From: Octopus bimaculoides
Taxonomy: Eukaryota
Assembly: GCF_001194135.2 (NCBI RefSeq)
Contig: NC_068992.1
Span: 66,544,544-66,608,543, forward strand
DNA length: 64,000 nucleotides
Direction of reading: 5' to 3'
The stretch's first letter is position 1. Every line of letters starts with the position of its first letter. Positions 1-13,343 of the stretch are shown here, piece by piece. The notes beneath the pieces are model-generated. The model was not told the origin of the DNA and ran no database searches. It worked only from the letters and a program-made list of their open reading frames with translations. The position numbers and the translations under genes are program-made.

Positions 1-40
<40 letters not shown>
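1..40. repeat. (GA)n microsatellite. Others: (TG)n(GA)n 1990-2055, (TG)n 3184-3208, (CT)n 12945-12989 and 13175-13338, (CA)n 15207-15430 and 21092-21163, (TA)n 19411-19450, 20270-20318 and 33870-33950, (ATT)n 37694-37730
   Basis: Directly visible simple repeats, several adjoining N gaps. Confidence 0.95.
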
Positions 41-42
<2 letters not shown>

Positions 43-521
43 TATGAAATACGCCGAAGTTGGCAGAAGAATGAGGGTCAGAGAAACCCTTCATTGATGC
101 ACATTATTGAAATATGTGGTGTAGGGGGTGGGGGAAAAGGTGAAGTTGATAAGCAGGAAGCTTTCTGTTGAAAATTTCTTCTTCCTTTAGATCAGTCGTC
201 TCACATAAAGAGTCTTGTCTTGTAAACCAGTGGTTGTTGGGTTTTTACTGAAATATATCAACTACATTAACATCAATATTTATCAGCTTCCAAAAATGGC
301 TATTGCAAGTGTAGGAACCAATAAAACTCTGGTATTGTACACTAGTTTTTCTTTATAATTTTTATTTTCTGTACTCAACATATTTCAGGTGATAAAAAAA
401 AAAAAAAATTGAAAAAATTTGTTTTGGTTCATAATTTAAAAACCCAGAAAAATTATTTTCCTTCCAAGTTAGTTTACTTTACAGTTCTATATTTAAGAGA
501 TGAGGAATTATGAGCATTATG

Positions 522-929
522 GATGTTTGTCTTCATCTTGTTTGTTGTTAACACAACGTTTCGGCTGATATACTCTCCAGCCTTCTTCAGGTGTCTTGGG
601 GGAAATTTCGAACCTGGGTTCACATTTCTAAGGTATTTTTTGATATTATTGTTATTGTTTAGGTCACTGCTTGGTATCGAACTCGGAATCTTGGGGTTAG
701 TAGCCTACACTCTTAACCCCAAGATTCCGAGTTTGATTCCAAGCAGTGACCTGAATAATAATAATAACAACAATAATAATAATAATGATAATAATAATAA
801 TGATAATATCGAAAAATACCTTAGGAATGAGAACCCAGGTTCGAAATTTCCCCAAGACATCTGATGAAGGTGGGAGGGTATATCAGCGAAAATGTTGTGT
901 TAACAACAAACAAGATGAGGACAAATATC
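522..929. mobile_element. ~410-bp foldback (inverted-repeat) element with (AAT)n insert, likely Penelope-like-element derived
   Basis: 522-700 is the near-perfect reverse complement of 713-929, apart from an AAT expansion at ~753-805. Both arms carry hammerhead-like motifs. Confidence 0.75.
550..595 (-). ncRNA. Minimal type I hammerhead ribozyme-like motif
   Basis: Minus strand reads GACAC CUGAAGA A GGCUG-gagaguauau-CAGCC GAAA CG U U GUGUU: core CUGANGA/GAAA/UH, 5-bp stem II, 5-bp stem I, palindromic ACGU stem III. Confidence 0.55.
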
Positions 930-1991
930 TGTCGAATGTAAATAATGTTAGTTTACTTTGTGTTGTGAACATTTTTTTTGTTGACATTCCTGTCTTTAGT
1001 GATTTTTAAACTATTTGAGGAAAACAAAAACAAGTTATCACTTTGGCATTACATCAACCAGAAATACAACTGTTTAACTTGAGAGCTTCTATTGATAAGT
1101 TACCCCCTGAATTGAAAGCACGAGCTATAAATTATAACTTGTTATGGTATATTGGGTTTCATGTTCATTGAATTTTGTTTTACATGGCAAACAGTGAGAA
1201 AATATAATAAGGACATATTTCATATAGGAATAACTTGGAATAAATTTGGTAAATATTTTGAAGGCCTGAAAGCAACGTTATCATTTGTAGAACTGCCATG
1301 AACCACATTGGGATGTTACCAGGATTGTCCTCCTGCTTTAGGAAAGCATCTTCATCGGTCCATTGCTAATGAGATTGGACTTGAAATATATTCAAGGCAT
1401 TGCTGTGTAATTCCAGCAATCAAAATATTCATCCTTGTATTGATCTTAGAATAAGAAAGTAAGATCAAACTTTTGTACAAATACGTGACATCAGCATTCT
1501 AATGATAGAATATCAAATTTGGTTCTTTTTAAAATTATTGTAATTATTATGGTAATTGGTATGTGTAGCGCTAGTGTTGTCAGACATTACTATTGAAATG
1601 ACTGAGTTGTTTGAAGAATTCCTGGGTCTGTGGTTTATTAATAATTGATTAAAGTTGGAATTCATTATTTACATTTCCATATGAAACAAATGAGTACATC
1701 TATTTTTCTTTTTTTTTACATCTCATTAAAGAAATTGTTAGTTGGTTGTCACCAAAATCTTTAGTTTGGTCATATTGGAGCAGTGGTGTCTATTTTAAGC
1801 TTTCATGCTATTTTTTAAGAGATTTTATATTTTTTTGTAATTCTTGATATGGATTAGCAAATATTGATCCATCATAATTGGCTAACTGAGTAACTACTGA
1901 ATGATTATGTATTGATTGGGTTGGGCTTTCAGTGGCAAACTTGGTTTTTGTTTCTCTATTTGAATATTAACTGTAACAAATATATACTTGT

Positions 1992-2046
<55 letters not shown>

Positions 2047-3179
2047 AGGGAGAGGGAAGAATTTGAAAAAATAACACCTGAAGATGGTAGGATACTATAC
2101 TGATTCAGAGTTTGTGAAGATAAAAACAAGATTTAATCTAAGCAATGCTATATATGTTTGTTTGTTTTTTTTTGTTCTTTTTTTACATCCTATACACAAT
2201 TCCTTTGGCACGTTCTGTTAAATGAAGGCCAAGTTTAACTCACATACACACACATCTGGTAATCACGTTACTAGTTTCTTCCTCTTTTCTCAACTTCTGT
2301 TTTGTCATTATTATCAGATTGAAGTCTTGTAAGAAACTTGAAACTTGTTCTCATTTTAGTGAGAACAATGTTTTATTCACCTCTGACTGTAAACAACTAC
2401 ACAAATGGAGAACAACGACTATATATGTTCCCTGTCCCCACCCACCCTGCACCCAAGAAGGCTTTGTTGCAAAGTGTTCTGTTACAGATGTTCTACAAGC
2501 GCTATTAAACCTTGACTAATATAATGCCTCTCAAAGTTACAATTCCCTAGATCATTAGTGATGCTGAACTTAGTTTATAGCCCTTGATGTTATGGGATCA
2601 GATTCAGCCAAAGTGGACTTAGTTTTTCATCCTTCTGGGGTTGATATCTGGCTCTTCTCCCACCCTAGAATTTCTGGCTGAAAGCTTCATGCCTGGTTTT
2701 AACATTTCATTAATAAATACTGGAAACCCTTGAATTAACCAATAATTCTTTTTTATTATTTTGGTTTGAGGAAGTGTTTGTCACTATAAGCCCTCCAAGA
2801 GCTGGATGAAGGACTCTATGCCCCATGCTCTCCAGGGGCTCTCTGAGACTGCTGAGATGGACATAGTTGATGTTACTCTTGAACAGTTGCAGGAAAGCTG
2901 CTTGCAGAAATCGAAACACTGAGAGCTAATATTCCGGGGGAGAAAGGACTGTGTGGAGCAGTTAGTGCAGGACCTTGGGTGGGGCACTGGAGGACACAAT
3001 ATGGGGGAAGAGGAAATACAAATGAACTGAGAGTGTCGAAGTAGATGTGGTAGGAGACCGGTTAACTACAGGGAGTAGAGGCCATTGTAGTAGTGGTAGA
3101 GAGAATAGAGAGTAGGCAGCAGGTTTGTGATTGACTGTATGCCAATCAGCTGAGTAGCCATTTTCTGTATGTGGCCTAA

Positions 3180-3210
<31 letters not shown>

Positions 3211-3887
3211 GCCGTAGCAGCACTGTCTCAGGTGTGACACCACTATTGTAAGTCTCACCTGCTATTTATGTGATTGTCTCACTACTTGGATACATTCCAA
3301 AACACTTTTTAAAATTCTATTTCCACCACATTTTATATTGGTTTCAGTTTTGTTGATGTTAGTTCTTCTAATTGCATTTCTCTTACCTTCTAACATTGAC
3401 AATGGTAAAGGTTATCCCCCAGTATTTAATAGTAATATTATCCAATAACTGTTGTTAGTTTGTGATAAACACCAGATGGGGGTTTGATAGTTTTCTTCAC
3501 ATGCTTTCTATGGTTATTATTGCTTCTGTACCAAATTGACTCAGTGCAGCAAGTCTGTTCCATTTATCTTTATTCAACAACAGCCTCTTCCATTTCCTTG
3601 TTGTCACTCTCCTCACCAATGTCTGTCTGTCTGTCTGTCTTGTCTTAAGTTCCTTCACCAATAAATTTGATATCTTTAACAGTTCTTACTTTAGACTTCA
3701 AATATTCTTTCATTTGTTCTTTTATCTTTCCCTCTGGTGTTGATGATAGTAATTCTCAACCTAGCGGGTCACAAGTGGAACCAGCTATCAACTGTGTAGA
3801 AATGGTAACTGCTAGAAATAGCAGCCAGATTTCTCTTAAAATCACACCTGACTGTCTTAAAAAAGATGGTAAAAATCACATTGACTA

Positions 3888-4260
3888 ATCATCATTGTTT
3901 AACATCCGTTTTCCATGCTGGCATGGGTTGGATGGTCTGGTTGAGGCCTAGAGAGCCAGTAGCTACACCAGGCACCAATCTGATCTGGCAATGTTTCTAC
4001 AGCTGGATGCCCTTCTTAACGTGGGTGTTTTTCACCTGCCACCGGCACAGGAGCCAGCCAGGTGGGTCTGGCATTGATCATGTTTGGGTAGTGCTTTTTA
4101 CCTGCCACTGGCACGGGGGCCAGCCAGGTGGGTCTGGCATTGATCGCGTTTGGATAGTGCTTTTTACATGCCACCAGTATGGGAGCCAGTCAGGGGGTAC
4201 AGGCATTGGCCATGTTCGGATGGTGCTTTTTATGTGGCACAGGAGCCAGTCAGGCAGACC
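3888..4260 (-). mobile_element. SINE/LINE-tail type repeat with internal 66-bp tandem units
   Basis: catcattgtttaacatccgttttccatgctggcatgggttggatgg is the reverse complement of the tail seen at 27890-27947. Unit starts at 4035, 4101, 4167 and ~4233. Confidence 0.75.
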
Positions 4261-5211
4261 ACTCTTAAAATCACACCGGACTGTCTTAAAAAAGATGGTA
4301 GAAATTACATTGGCTAATGCAGTATTAAAAAATGGGATGATCACGGCAGGATCCTTTATAGATCTGCTCAATCAGGGATCCTTGATAGATCTGCCTTTTC
4401 CTTCGGATGGATATGCAAAAGCAAAAAGGAGAAAAAGGAGGTGCTATAGCATTATTAAGGTTTTGGGTAATTATATTATTAGCACTTTGTTCCTAATAAG
4501 ATTTACCTTATCTGTTACAGAAATAGTCCCATGAATGTCTGGGGTTGATGAAAAAATTTATAATCCTGCCTACTATAGAGGTACAAGGCCTGAAATTTTG
4601 GGAGAAGGGGTAGGTCGATTACATCAACCTAGTACTCAACTGGTACTTATTTTACCAAATTATTATTATTAATAATAATAATAATAATAACAATGACTCT
4701 GAGTAAGCAGTTTGGTCAACTGTTTGGCTTATCTTTAGAATTGTCTCAATAGTTCTTCAGACTACTTTCACTCTGTAAAGTTATTGAACATGTAGCTGTC
4801 TGATTGATCTCTTAATTGTTGTTTATTATTGTCTTAATGGCTTGTCCAGGTTGCCAACATTCATTAACATTTGAACAATTTCAATCATTTCTTAGAATGT
4901 TTTCTGACCAAAACTGAAAAAGAAATGAAATATGAGTATTTTTGAGAGAGAGGGAGATGAAATACTTCTGTTGTCCAGTATTTTTCCTTCCCAATTAAAC
5001 AATTATTTTAACCAGCAAAATTCAATTATGTTTCACCATAATTATTGATTTGTAATTGTTTTTAACTTCAGAAGTTATCTCTTAAAAACTCAGTGAATAT
5101 TGATTTAATTAATACTAACATGTTATCATAGAACTGAAATCAATATTGTGTAATATTGCATTTTGAAACTTATATATTCTTTTTTTAAAATTTTTTTTCT
5201 TTAATTTTCAG

Positions 5212-5418
5212 GCCATTTTGCGGGCCAGTGATGCTTCCATGGGCCGTTCTCTGAGCCCTTCTCCTCCTGAACAGCGGATGCCCCGCCCAGTGTCATATAT
5301 TCGACCACTTGGAAAACAAATTATACCGCCAGAATCTATTTCCTGTAATAAAACACTGGGAGAAGGGGAATTTGGGATTGTTCAGCAGGGAATATGGACC
5401 ACAGAGAACAATGACAAG
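5212..5418 (+). CDS. Ack-like: Exon 1 (first visible): linker and kinase Gly-rich loop, [11 protein letters not shown]...[22 protein letters not shown]
   Basis: ttttcag acceptor, AAG|GTAAGA donor, 207 nt, phase 0-0, GxGxFG motif. Confidence 0.93.
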
Positions 5419-8400
5419 GTAAGACAAGCTTTCTTTTGAGAATCTTCTCTGGACTTGCATTCATTGAATGAGATTTCATGAGTTTTTGTGTGAATACTTA
5501 TTGTCTTTTAGACAAAAACTGAGTTGCATTTTATTTCAAATTAGGAGAATGTTCTAGAAATTCCTAATGTAACCTGCTCTGAAACGTTCCTCTCACCGAA
5601 TGTCTCTAGAACCTTCATTGGTAGATTAGTTTGAATATAAACTTAGCCTTTTAAGATAGGATGTTTTGAGAAAGTTTTGACTGCTAATTTTAGCAGGTGT
5701 AACCTGGACTTCCACACTGCATCCAGTGAAATAATGAATAATATAGTCCTTTATTGAGCAGAGGAATGGTATATCTGCAACAGCAGTACTGTGCTTCTTT
5801 TGTCATTTGACTGGCTTTTTACATGCCATACATTACATTAAATCAGAGCTGATCTAAATGCTGCTGCTACTACCACCACCAATGCCAATGACAGAAATAC
5901 TTGGCTGATCTTGAAGTAAACACCACCAACTTTTACAACTGACTTGTTTAACATGTGATGAAAGAAAAATTGAAGCAGTGACCATCCAGTTTTTTCTTCA
6001 GGCAGTGGAATACATTAACTAATAGTAGTTGTATGCTGTCAACTTGATGTTGACAGTCCCATGAAGGGAATAATACTACTGTTGGTTTGACCTAGGAAGC
6101 TGCACTGCTTTCTGTCGGCCTTGACACATTTCCTGTGTCCTTATGATGAAGAGCAAAGACTCAGAAACATGTCTGGATGCAGGCTTAGCTAGGTGGAGGT
6201 GCTTGTCTGTCTTTGGATTATTGGGGTTTATGTGTGTTTTATTTTACATTTGTTATTGTTTAGTTGTAAGGAAATCTGAGAGACAATACAATCATGATTA
6301 TCCTTTTTGAATATTCAAGCCTATACATTATTCAGTATGTTACCCCACTTTGGTAGGTTGTGATGTGAAGGAGATTTTGCTTCTATTGTAGTAATTTTGA
6401 CATGTCTGGTTGATTTGTTTTCTCTATTTATAGCAAATAAAGTCAAAAGTTGTTGTTGTTAAGGCAATTTCTAATGTTTTATGTTTGTTTGTTGTTGTGT
6501 GGGAACTATTTGACATGGAGACTGAATTAGCTTTGTTTAATATTTCTTAGTTTTCTCTTATTGTTATTTTTAGTGAAACTTCATGTTGCCTTTCCTGTAA
6601 TTCAGAGCTCTGACTAACCATTTATCTGTTTATGTGAATAAATATTTGTTCATTGTTTTGCTGCTGAGAATTTGTATTTATGTGGTAATTTGAAGAGGCG
6701 TCAAAATGTCCATAGTCGTCTTAGGTTGTTCTCCATTAACAACTTGTGAGATGGTGTGCACTTGGTGTAGCCATAGTCATTTTAGACACCCCCAAGGATA
6801 ACAAGTGGAGGGCAGTCACTGTCCAGTTGATTTGTTTCAAATGTGAACAGGAAGTCAGTATGTGAGGGACAAGCTTCCTACAGGCTGTGTGTGTGTGTTT
6901 GAAATTACATTATTAGCACAACATATTTTGTTGTGTGTATTTTCATTTGTTGAATTATGTGAATAAATTTGTCATCCGATGTGACATTTTACGAAAATAA
7001 GATATTTTATTCCCAAGTTAGTTTCTTCTTGTCTATTTTTTTTTTTTTAATGACAAGATTAAAGTAAATATTTTACAAACAGTAAATGATAATAGCCAGA
7101 GTTGGTGACTTTTTCATTGAACTTCATATTGTCCCTTAGTCAGTGTCGAGTTAAATAGACATAAAATGATAATGTGTCCTTTTCAGTCGACAATTGTTGT
7201 TTATTGTTGATTTACTCGACTGAATGTCAATGTAATTCTTTCTAGTGAAACTGTTAGAATATGAGCCAACACTGGTGAATGCAATCACAAGGCAACATGA
7301 AATTTCACTAAAAATAACAACGTCAGTAAATTGTCTCGTGTTGTCTGTTAAACCTTTCTCAGCAAAGAGTTCAGCTTCATTATGATGAAACGAAAAGAAA
7401 GAAAAAAAAAACTGAAGGCAGACAAAATGACGATGGGTTTACCTTTTCTCTTTTACTTGTTTCAGTCATTAGACTGCAGCCATGCTGGAGCACTGCCTTG
7501 AACAATTTTTAGTCAAGTGAATTGACTCTAATACTTTTATTTTATTAAGGCTGGTACTTATTCTATTGGGCACTTTTGCTGAGCCACTAAGTTCCAGTAC
7601 AGGGATGTAAACACACCAACCCAGGTTGTCATGCAGGTTTCTTTCAGTTTCTGTCTATCAAATGCAATCACAAGGCTTTGGTTGATCCAAGGCTACAGTA
7701 GAAGACTCTTCCCCAATGTGCCACACTGGGGGACTGAACCTGGAACCATGTGGTTGGGGAGCAAGCTCACCACGCAGCCATATCTGCACTGAATTTCTTA
7801 ATGTATATTTTGTTAATGGCAAGAATAAATTTTAATTTTTGTGCACTTCCTTGAATTGAGGGAATGTTTTTTCTTTCATACACTTCTTTAATTTTGGGTG
7901 TTTTTAACAGACGGAGCATAATTGCTTTTTAATTACTTCTGTTCAGCCACCGGGGAAAAAACACACACACACACGCACGCACGCACGCACACACGCACAC
8001 ACGTAACTATTGCATGTAGATGTCCATATATACACTTTCATATGTACATTTACATATAATGCACATGTTTAAGCATATACATGTATATGCATAAAATTGC
8101 ATCTATTTTGTGTATATGAACACATTTATGCATACATATGTACACATACAAACTTGTGTCTATCTTGTGTGTGTATAAACTTCAGTTGTCCTTGCAAGGA
8201 TTTCCTGAGTTAAAACCTTTAAAAAAACAAAAAACAAAAGTGGTTTAACAGGGTTTACGTAAGATCTTTCTACTCTTGATTATATAATGTCACAAGAGTT
8301 AAGAATAATTTTTCATAAAGTTGCATTGCTTCATTCTCTATTTACATACCATCTATAGCTTGGGTGTTAAGTAGATGAATTCTTCAGAGGAAGTCACATG

Positions 8401-11400
8401 CAAAATGTAATCATTTTGTATGCAGTGAGTGTAATTTATAATTATGTATAGCTGCATATGCATATGTGTTTATACATGCATATATATGTGTGTTTATACA
8501 TACACACATTCATAGATTTATAAGAAATTAATGGATTAGAATTTAATAAGTATTTCAGTGGTTGTTTTGAACAAGGCTTCATTTATTCTTCATGTTTTTC
8601 TGAATCCAAACCAAGTTGAGTAAAATAGATGGTGCAATCCTATTGATTGAATCAATTAGCACAGTTAAAGTCTAGATTCTATTGCAATTCCTGAGACAGA
8701 AAGCTACCAAGTATAGTCTTTCTCCTTAGGAAAATGTCTTTCTCTTTCTCTCTGTCCTAAGACAAGATTCTTATCTGTAGTGAAGCTATTTGGTTTGTGC
8801 ATCCTATGGCAATAGATGCCGATCTATTATTACAAGAATTCTCTTATTATGCATGGTCCATTGAACAAAAAAACAAGGCTTGATAATTGGATAGCCAACT
8901 TGGTTCAAATTAATTCCCTTCTGCATGCTGTTGCTAATATTGTGGTAAGTTAAGAGAAAATGAAGTTAACATCATCATATCTATATAGAGCACCATTTTC
9001 TACTACTAGAGAACTGATAAATGTATTATAAATTCTTCTTTATCTCTCTCTGTCTTGTATTCTTTTTATTCTGTTTAATCAATACATTTTATGGATTAAT
9101 AAATTGTGCTCAAGTAAAAGCTTCATTTTTCTATTTTTGATGTTAATATATGATTAGATGGAAAGGATTGTCTGGCTATCAATGTTTCTGCTCAGTCCTT
9201 TTACCAAATGTAACATCTGAGTGTATTTATAGGTTGCCGTCAGTTCATTGATGTAGCTCAGCTGCTGCTGTTTTTTCATCAGAATTATTGTAATTGTACA
9301 GTTTGGATGCTGCTATTGTAACAGACCCCCCCCCCCATAGTGTTTTTAAGGGGAAGGGCAGTATTGCTTGTGATTCTAGTCTTTCCTAAACTAGTGGGTC
9401 GTAATAATGATGGTGTTTTACATAGGATCTGAAAAATTCGGGGAAGGTTGCTCGTTGATCACATTAACCCCACCACTTGACTTCTACTTTATTTTGTTGA
9501 CTCTAAAAGGGCAAATGGCAAAGTTGATCTCAGCATAATTTGGACTCACAAATATAAAGAACCAGAAGAAATGCCACTAAACATTTGGTTTGATGCATTG
9601 ATTCTGTCAGCTTGTTACTATAATAATAATAATAACAATTAAAGAGAGTTTAATGTCCTTAATATTCAATTCAAACTCACACTCTTGCATAGCTATGGAG
9701 TTAAGAGTTTCACTTTCACTGTTTTCATGTTTGGTTCTACAGCACAGCACCTTGATCAAATGTCTTTTGCTTCACCCTCAGCGTGACACTTTGGCCAAAT
9801 GTCTTTTGCTTCACCCTCAGCGTGACACTTTGGCCAAATGTCTTTTGCTTCACCCTCAGCGTGACACTTTGGCCAAATGTNNNNNNNNNNNNNNNNNNNN
9901 NNNNNNNNNNNNNNNNNNNNNNNNNNNNNNNNNNNNNNNNNNNNNNNNNNNNNNNNNNNNNNNNNNNNNNNNNNNNNNNNNNNNNNNNNNNNNNNNNNNN
10001 NNNNNNNNNNNNNNNNNNNNNNNNNNNNNNNNNNNNNNNNNNNNNNNNNNNNNNNNNNNNNNNNNNNNNNTGTCTTTTGCTTCACCCTCAGCGTGACACT
10101 TTGGCCAAATGTCTTTTGCTTCACCCTCAGCGTGACACTTTGGCCAAATGTCTTTTGCTTCACCCTCAGCGTGACACTTTGGCCAAATGTCTTTGCCATA
10201 ACCTCAGGTCAAATGTCTTTGCCATAACCTCAGGTCAAACAAAACTTTCTAAATGGAATTTGGTTGACAGGAATTGTGTGGAAGTCCACTGAATGGACTG
10301 TTCTTGTTCTTGGGTTGTAGACTTAATCCATTGTCCAGTTTTAATACAACCACTTGACCCTTAGGATGTCTTTAAAGTCCATTGAAAGTTGAATTCGGTT
10401 TGCTGTCACCTAATGATTGAGTAGTGTCTTAGTGTAATTGTTGATGAGTTGTGTACCATGTCAGCAAGTGTACTCTATTTACTTTCTACCTAGTTGACAG
10501 ATGTACTCTATTACAATGAAGCGTGAGAAACTTGACAATTCTGGTGCAGTTTTGGCTATGAAGTTTCCAGAAATAGAGGTTTTGAACTGTATATTTACAA
10601 GTCCAGACATAAGGATTGTAGTTTTGTTTCTTTCTGATGGATATTATAACTGAACTTTGCTGCTTTTTAAGTTTAGATTCTCAGAACCAACCAGTTCTCT
10701 TTAATATCTGGAGGCATCACTTGAAATGCTTTTTTTTTTTTTACCCAAAATGGCTTGAGTTTCTAACTTTTTTTCTTGGCATGCTGTGTTTAATTAAAAT
10801 AAAGTAATAATTGTTAGCTGTTGATTAGTCACAGGTCAGTCTTCTTTGAGCTGATCTATGATCAGCGGTGTATGGTTTGAAGGAGATTTGGAAGCTATTT
10901 CTAGAACACATAGCTACATGCATTGGCTAGTAGAGTGCCATATTTATGGCTGGAATAAATCTTAGAAAATTGAAGACAATCATTAGTTTTTATTGGAGCT
11001 TTCTCTAATCTCTGAAGATTACAGGATGATGAGAAAGTCTTACTTTAGCTCTTGTGTATTTGCTTAAGGCACGTTCATATAATTTTGCTTGTTCCATTTA
11101 ACAGGGGTTCCACTCCTACTTCACAGTTGAGTGGTTAGTGAAGGAAAAGATATTCTACTGTATAAACAATTGCACAAGCAACAATATAACATAAAAAATT
11201 TATAAAGAAACAGAGAGAAGACTAGCTTTGGGAACCTTTTGTTCACATAACATAAAATAGCTGAGATTGGGAGTCGGCATGCTGTTATCTGATTCCCTAA
11301 TGTAGTAGGCCCCAAAAAAGGCTCTGCTCACAAGTCTTACCCCCTCTCTGATTTATAAATAAAATATTACAATATATTTATTGTAGTAACTGACATTGAA

Positions 11401-12941
11401 GGATAACAGCCTCTACCATTGCTGTTTGGTAGTGAAATATTAACTTTCTGTCTACATTACTGTATTGATTTGTTTTTGATTAGGTACAATGTTTCAGCTG
11501 AAAGGAGCAGGGAACTGGGGGTTTAATATAATAATATCTCCCAAATAGTACTACTTGTGGCATAAACTGAAGTGGTAAGGGCTACATTTTAGGAGTGAAA
11601 AGTGGGTCACCTGACTCAGTGTGTTGGGATTTTACATCACAGCACTTGTAAATGGTAGAGTAAATATTTGCTTTTCTGAAATAGATCCTCACATTTTATT
11701 ACATCATTTCATCTGGAATAACTTCTGTCTTAACCCTTTCAATATGAATACCTTTACATTGATGATGCATTTTATATTAAAAGAAAATGGAACTAATTTT
11801 ATGGGATTTAAAAGAAAAAAACCCAGAATGTACATAATTTAAAATCCTGTGAAAATAAATGATTGCAAATCTCATTTCATATACATAATTTCCTGACCAT
11901 TTCAATATCTTCAGTTATCATAAGGAGAAGGAAGAATCTAACTTTTCAGAATGCTGCCATTCCTCTTAGAAAAACAATGTAAAGTGTTACACAACCAAAG
12001 TGAAAAATAGAACCACTTTCTGTACGTGGTGAAGGGCTACAGCTCCTGACCCATTATTTACCTTTCCCATCAATTAAAACTTAACAAAACTCTTCTATGA
12101 ACTATTGTTGATGTGACAGACTACTTCACAGATTTTTACCTGACCTCATTTGTCAAGTTTCAGCATACATCTGCCCCTATATGTGCAGGCTTGAGGAACG
12201 CTAGTAGTCATCCATTCATGCCAGTCTCTCCTCTCCATGCCACCAGTATTTTTCCAAGGGAATGGCCACCAACTTTGCTGAAAACAGCTTGGCACTGGTG
12301 TTGTCACAGATGTTGCTGTAAGAATACAAAGAACCAGAACAACTGCCACAAGATAATCTCACATGACCCTCCCACAGCTCTGACAATCCACTGCCCTGTA
12401 TTCCATCTTATTGACACCAGAGGGACAAAAGGAGTAGTTGGTCTCAATGGAATTTGAACACAGATCCACTGACACATTCTATCCAGCACTCTTACAACTG
12501 CCAATTAAATCTTGCTCTACCCCATTCACCAGAATTTGGGATTCCATTTTTTTTTTAACACAAAAGGGCCAACTCAAGAAGATTAGTCTTTTATAAAGGC
12601 CTGAAGTGCTTCTTCTGCAGTGTTACCTGTAGACTGACACTTGTAGCCAGAATTAAAAAAAAAACTAATTTATTAGGGTTGATTTGTATTCTTGTTTGTT
12701 TATAATTTTTTTGCTTCTTACAATATCTGAGATGAAGTATTGACTTGTTGAAGTTTGCTGCTGCTGCTACTAATAGTGGTACCACCACTAGTATTAGTAG
12801 TAGTATTACAGCTGCTGCTGTTAAACTTCAGTTTTTACAACAGAACCAAAATGTTTTAAATCAAATATTATTATTGCAATCTCATTTGTTTATTTAGATG
12901 ATAATTAAATCCAAATGGGATGGATTTCTCCCTCTCTCTGT

Positions 12942-12993
<52 letters not shown>

Positions 12994-13188
12994 AAAGCAT
13001 ATTCTTTTTTTTTTTTTGTTCTTTTACTGTATGCCCCAACTAATCTATAAGTTAGAGTGACAGATCTAATTTAGTTATTGTAGTCTGTTTTAATTATGCG
13101 GATTACTGAAGCTGGTCACCTCAGGGGAAAGCAGTTCCATTGTGACTGTTTCTCAGCATAGAAAAAAAAGCTCCCCTCTCTCTCTCTT

Positions 13189-13219
<31 letters not shown>

Positions 13220-13307
13220 TTCTNNNNNNNNNNNNNNNNNNNNNNNNNNNNNNNNNNNNNNNNNNNNNNNNNNNNNNNNNNNNNNNNNNNNNNNNNNNNN
13301 NNNNNNN

Positions 13308-13343
<36 letters not shown>

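Noticed and set aside
523-864. 113-aa ORF with poly-Asn
   Set aside because: It lies entirely in the foldback element, and the poly-N is an (AAT)n microsatellite.
3866-4534. 222-aa ORF with 22-aa repeats, plus the related minus-strand ORFs at 27556-27802
   Set aside because: It is a translation of the 66-bp tandem unit of an interspersed repeat, with no domain and no splice context.
1-5211. N-terminal (SAM-like) exon or promoter of the kinase
   Set aside because: No convincing coding exon or promoter was found. The ORF at 2319-2519 has no recognisable motif, so the 5' end is probably upstream of the window.
7720-7786. tRNA-like sequences here and at ~16745 and ~46250
   Set aside because: They are degenerate SINE heads with no cloverleaf or anticodon arm that I could fold.
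9653-10292. Overlapping ORFs with 13-aa repeats; array considered as CRISPR-like
   Set aside because: It is a head-to-tail 39-bp minisatellite with no spacers, spanning an N gap, in eukaryotic DNA with no cas genes.
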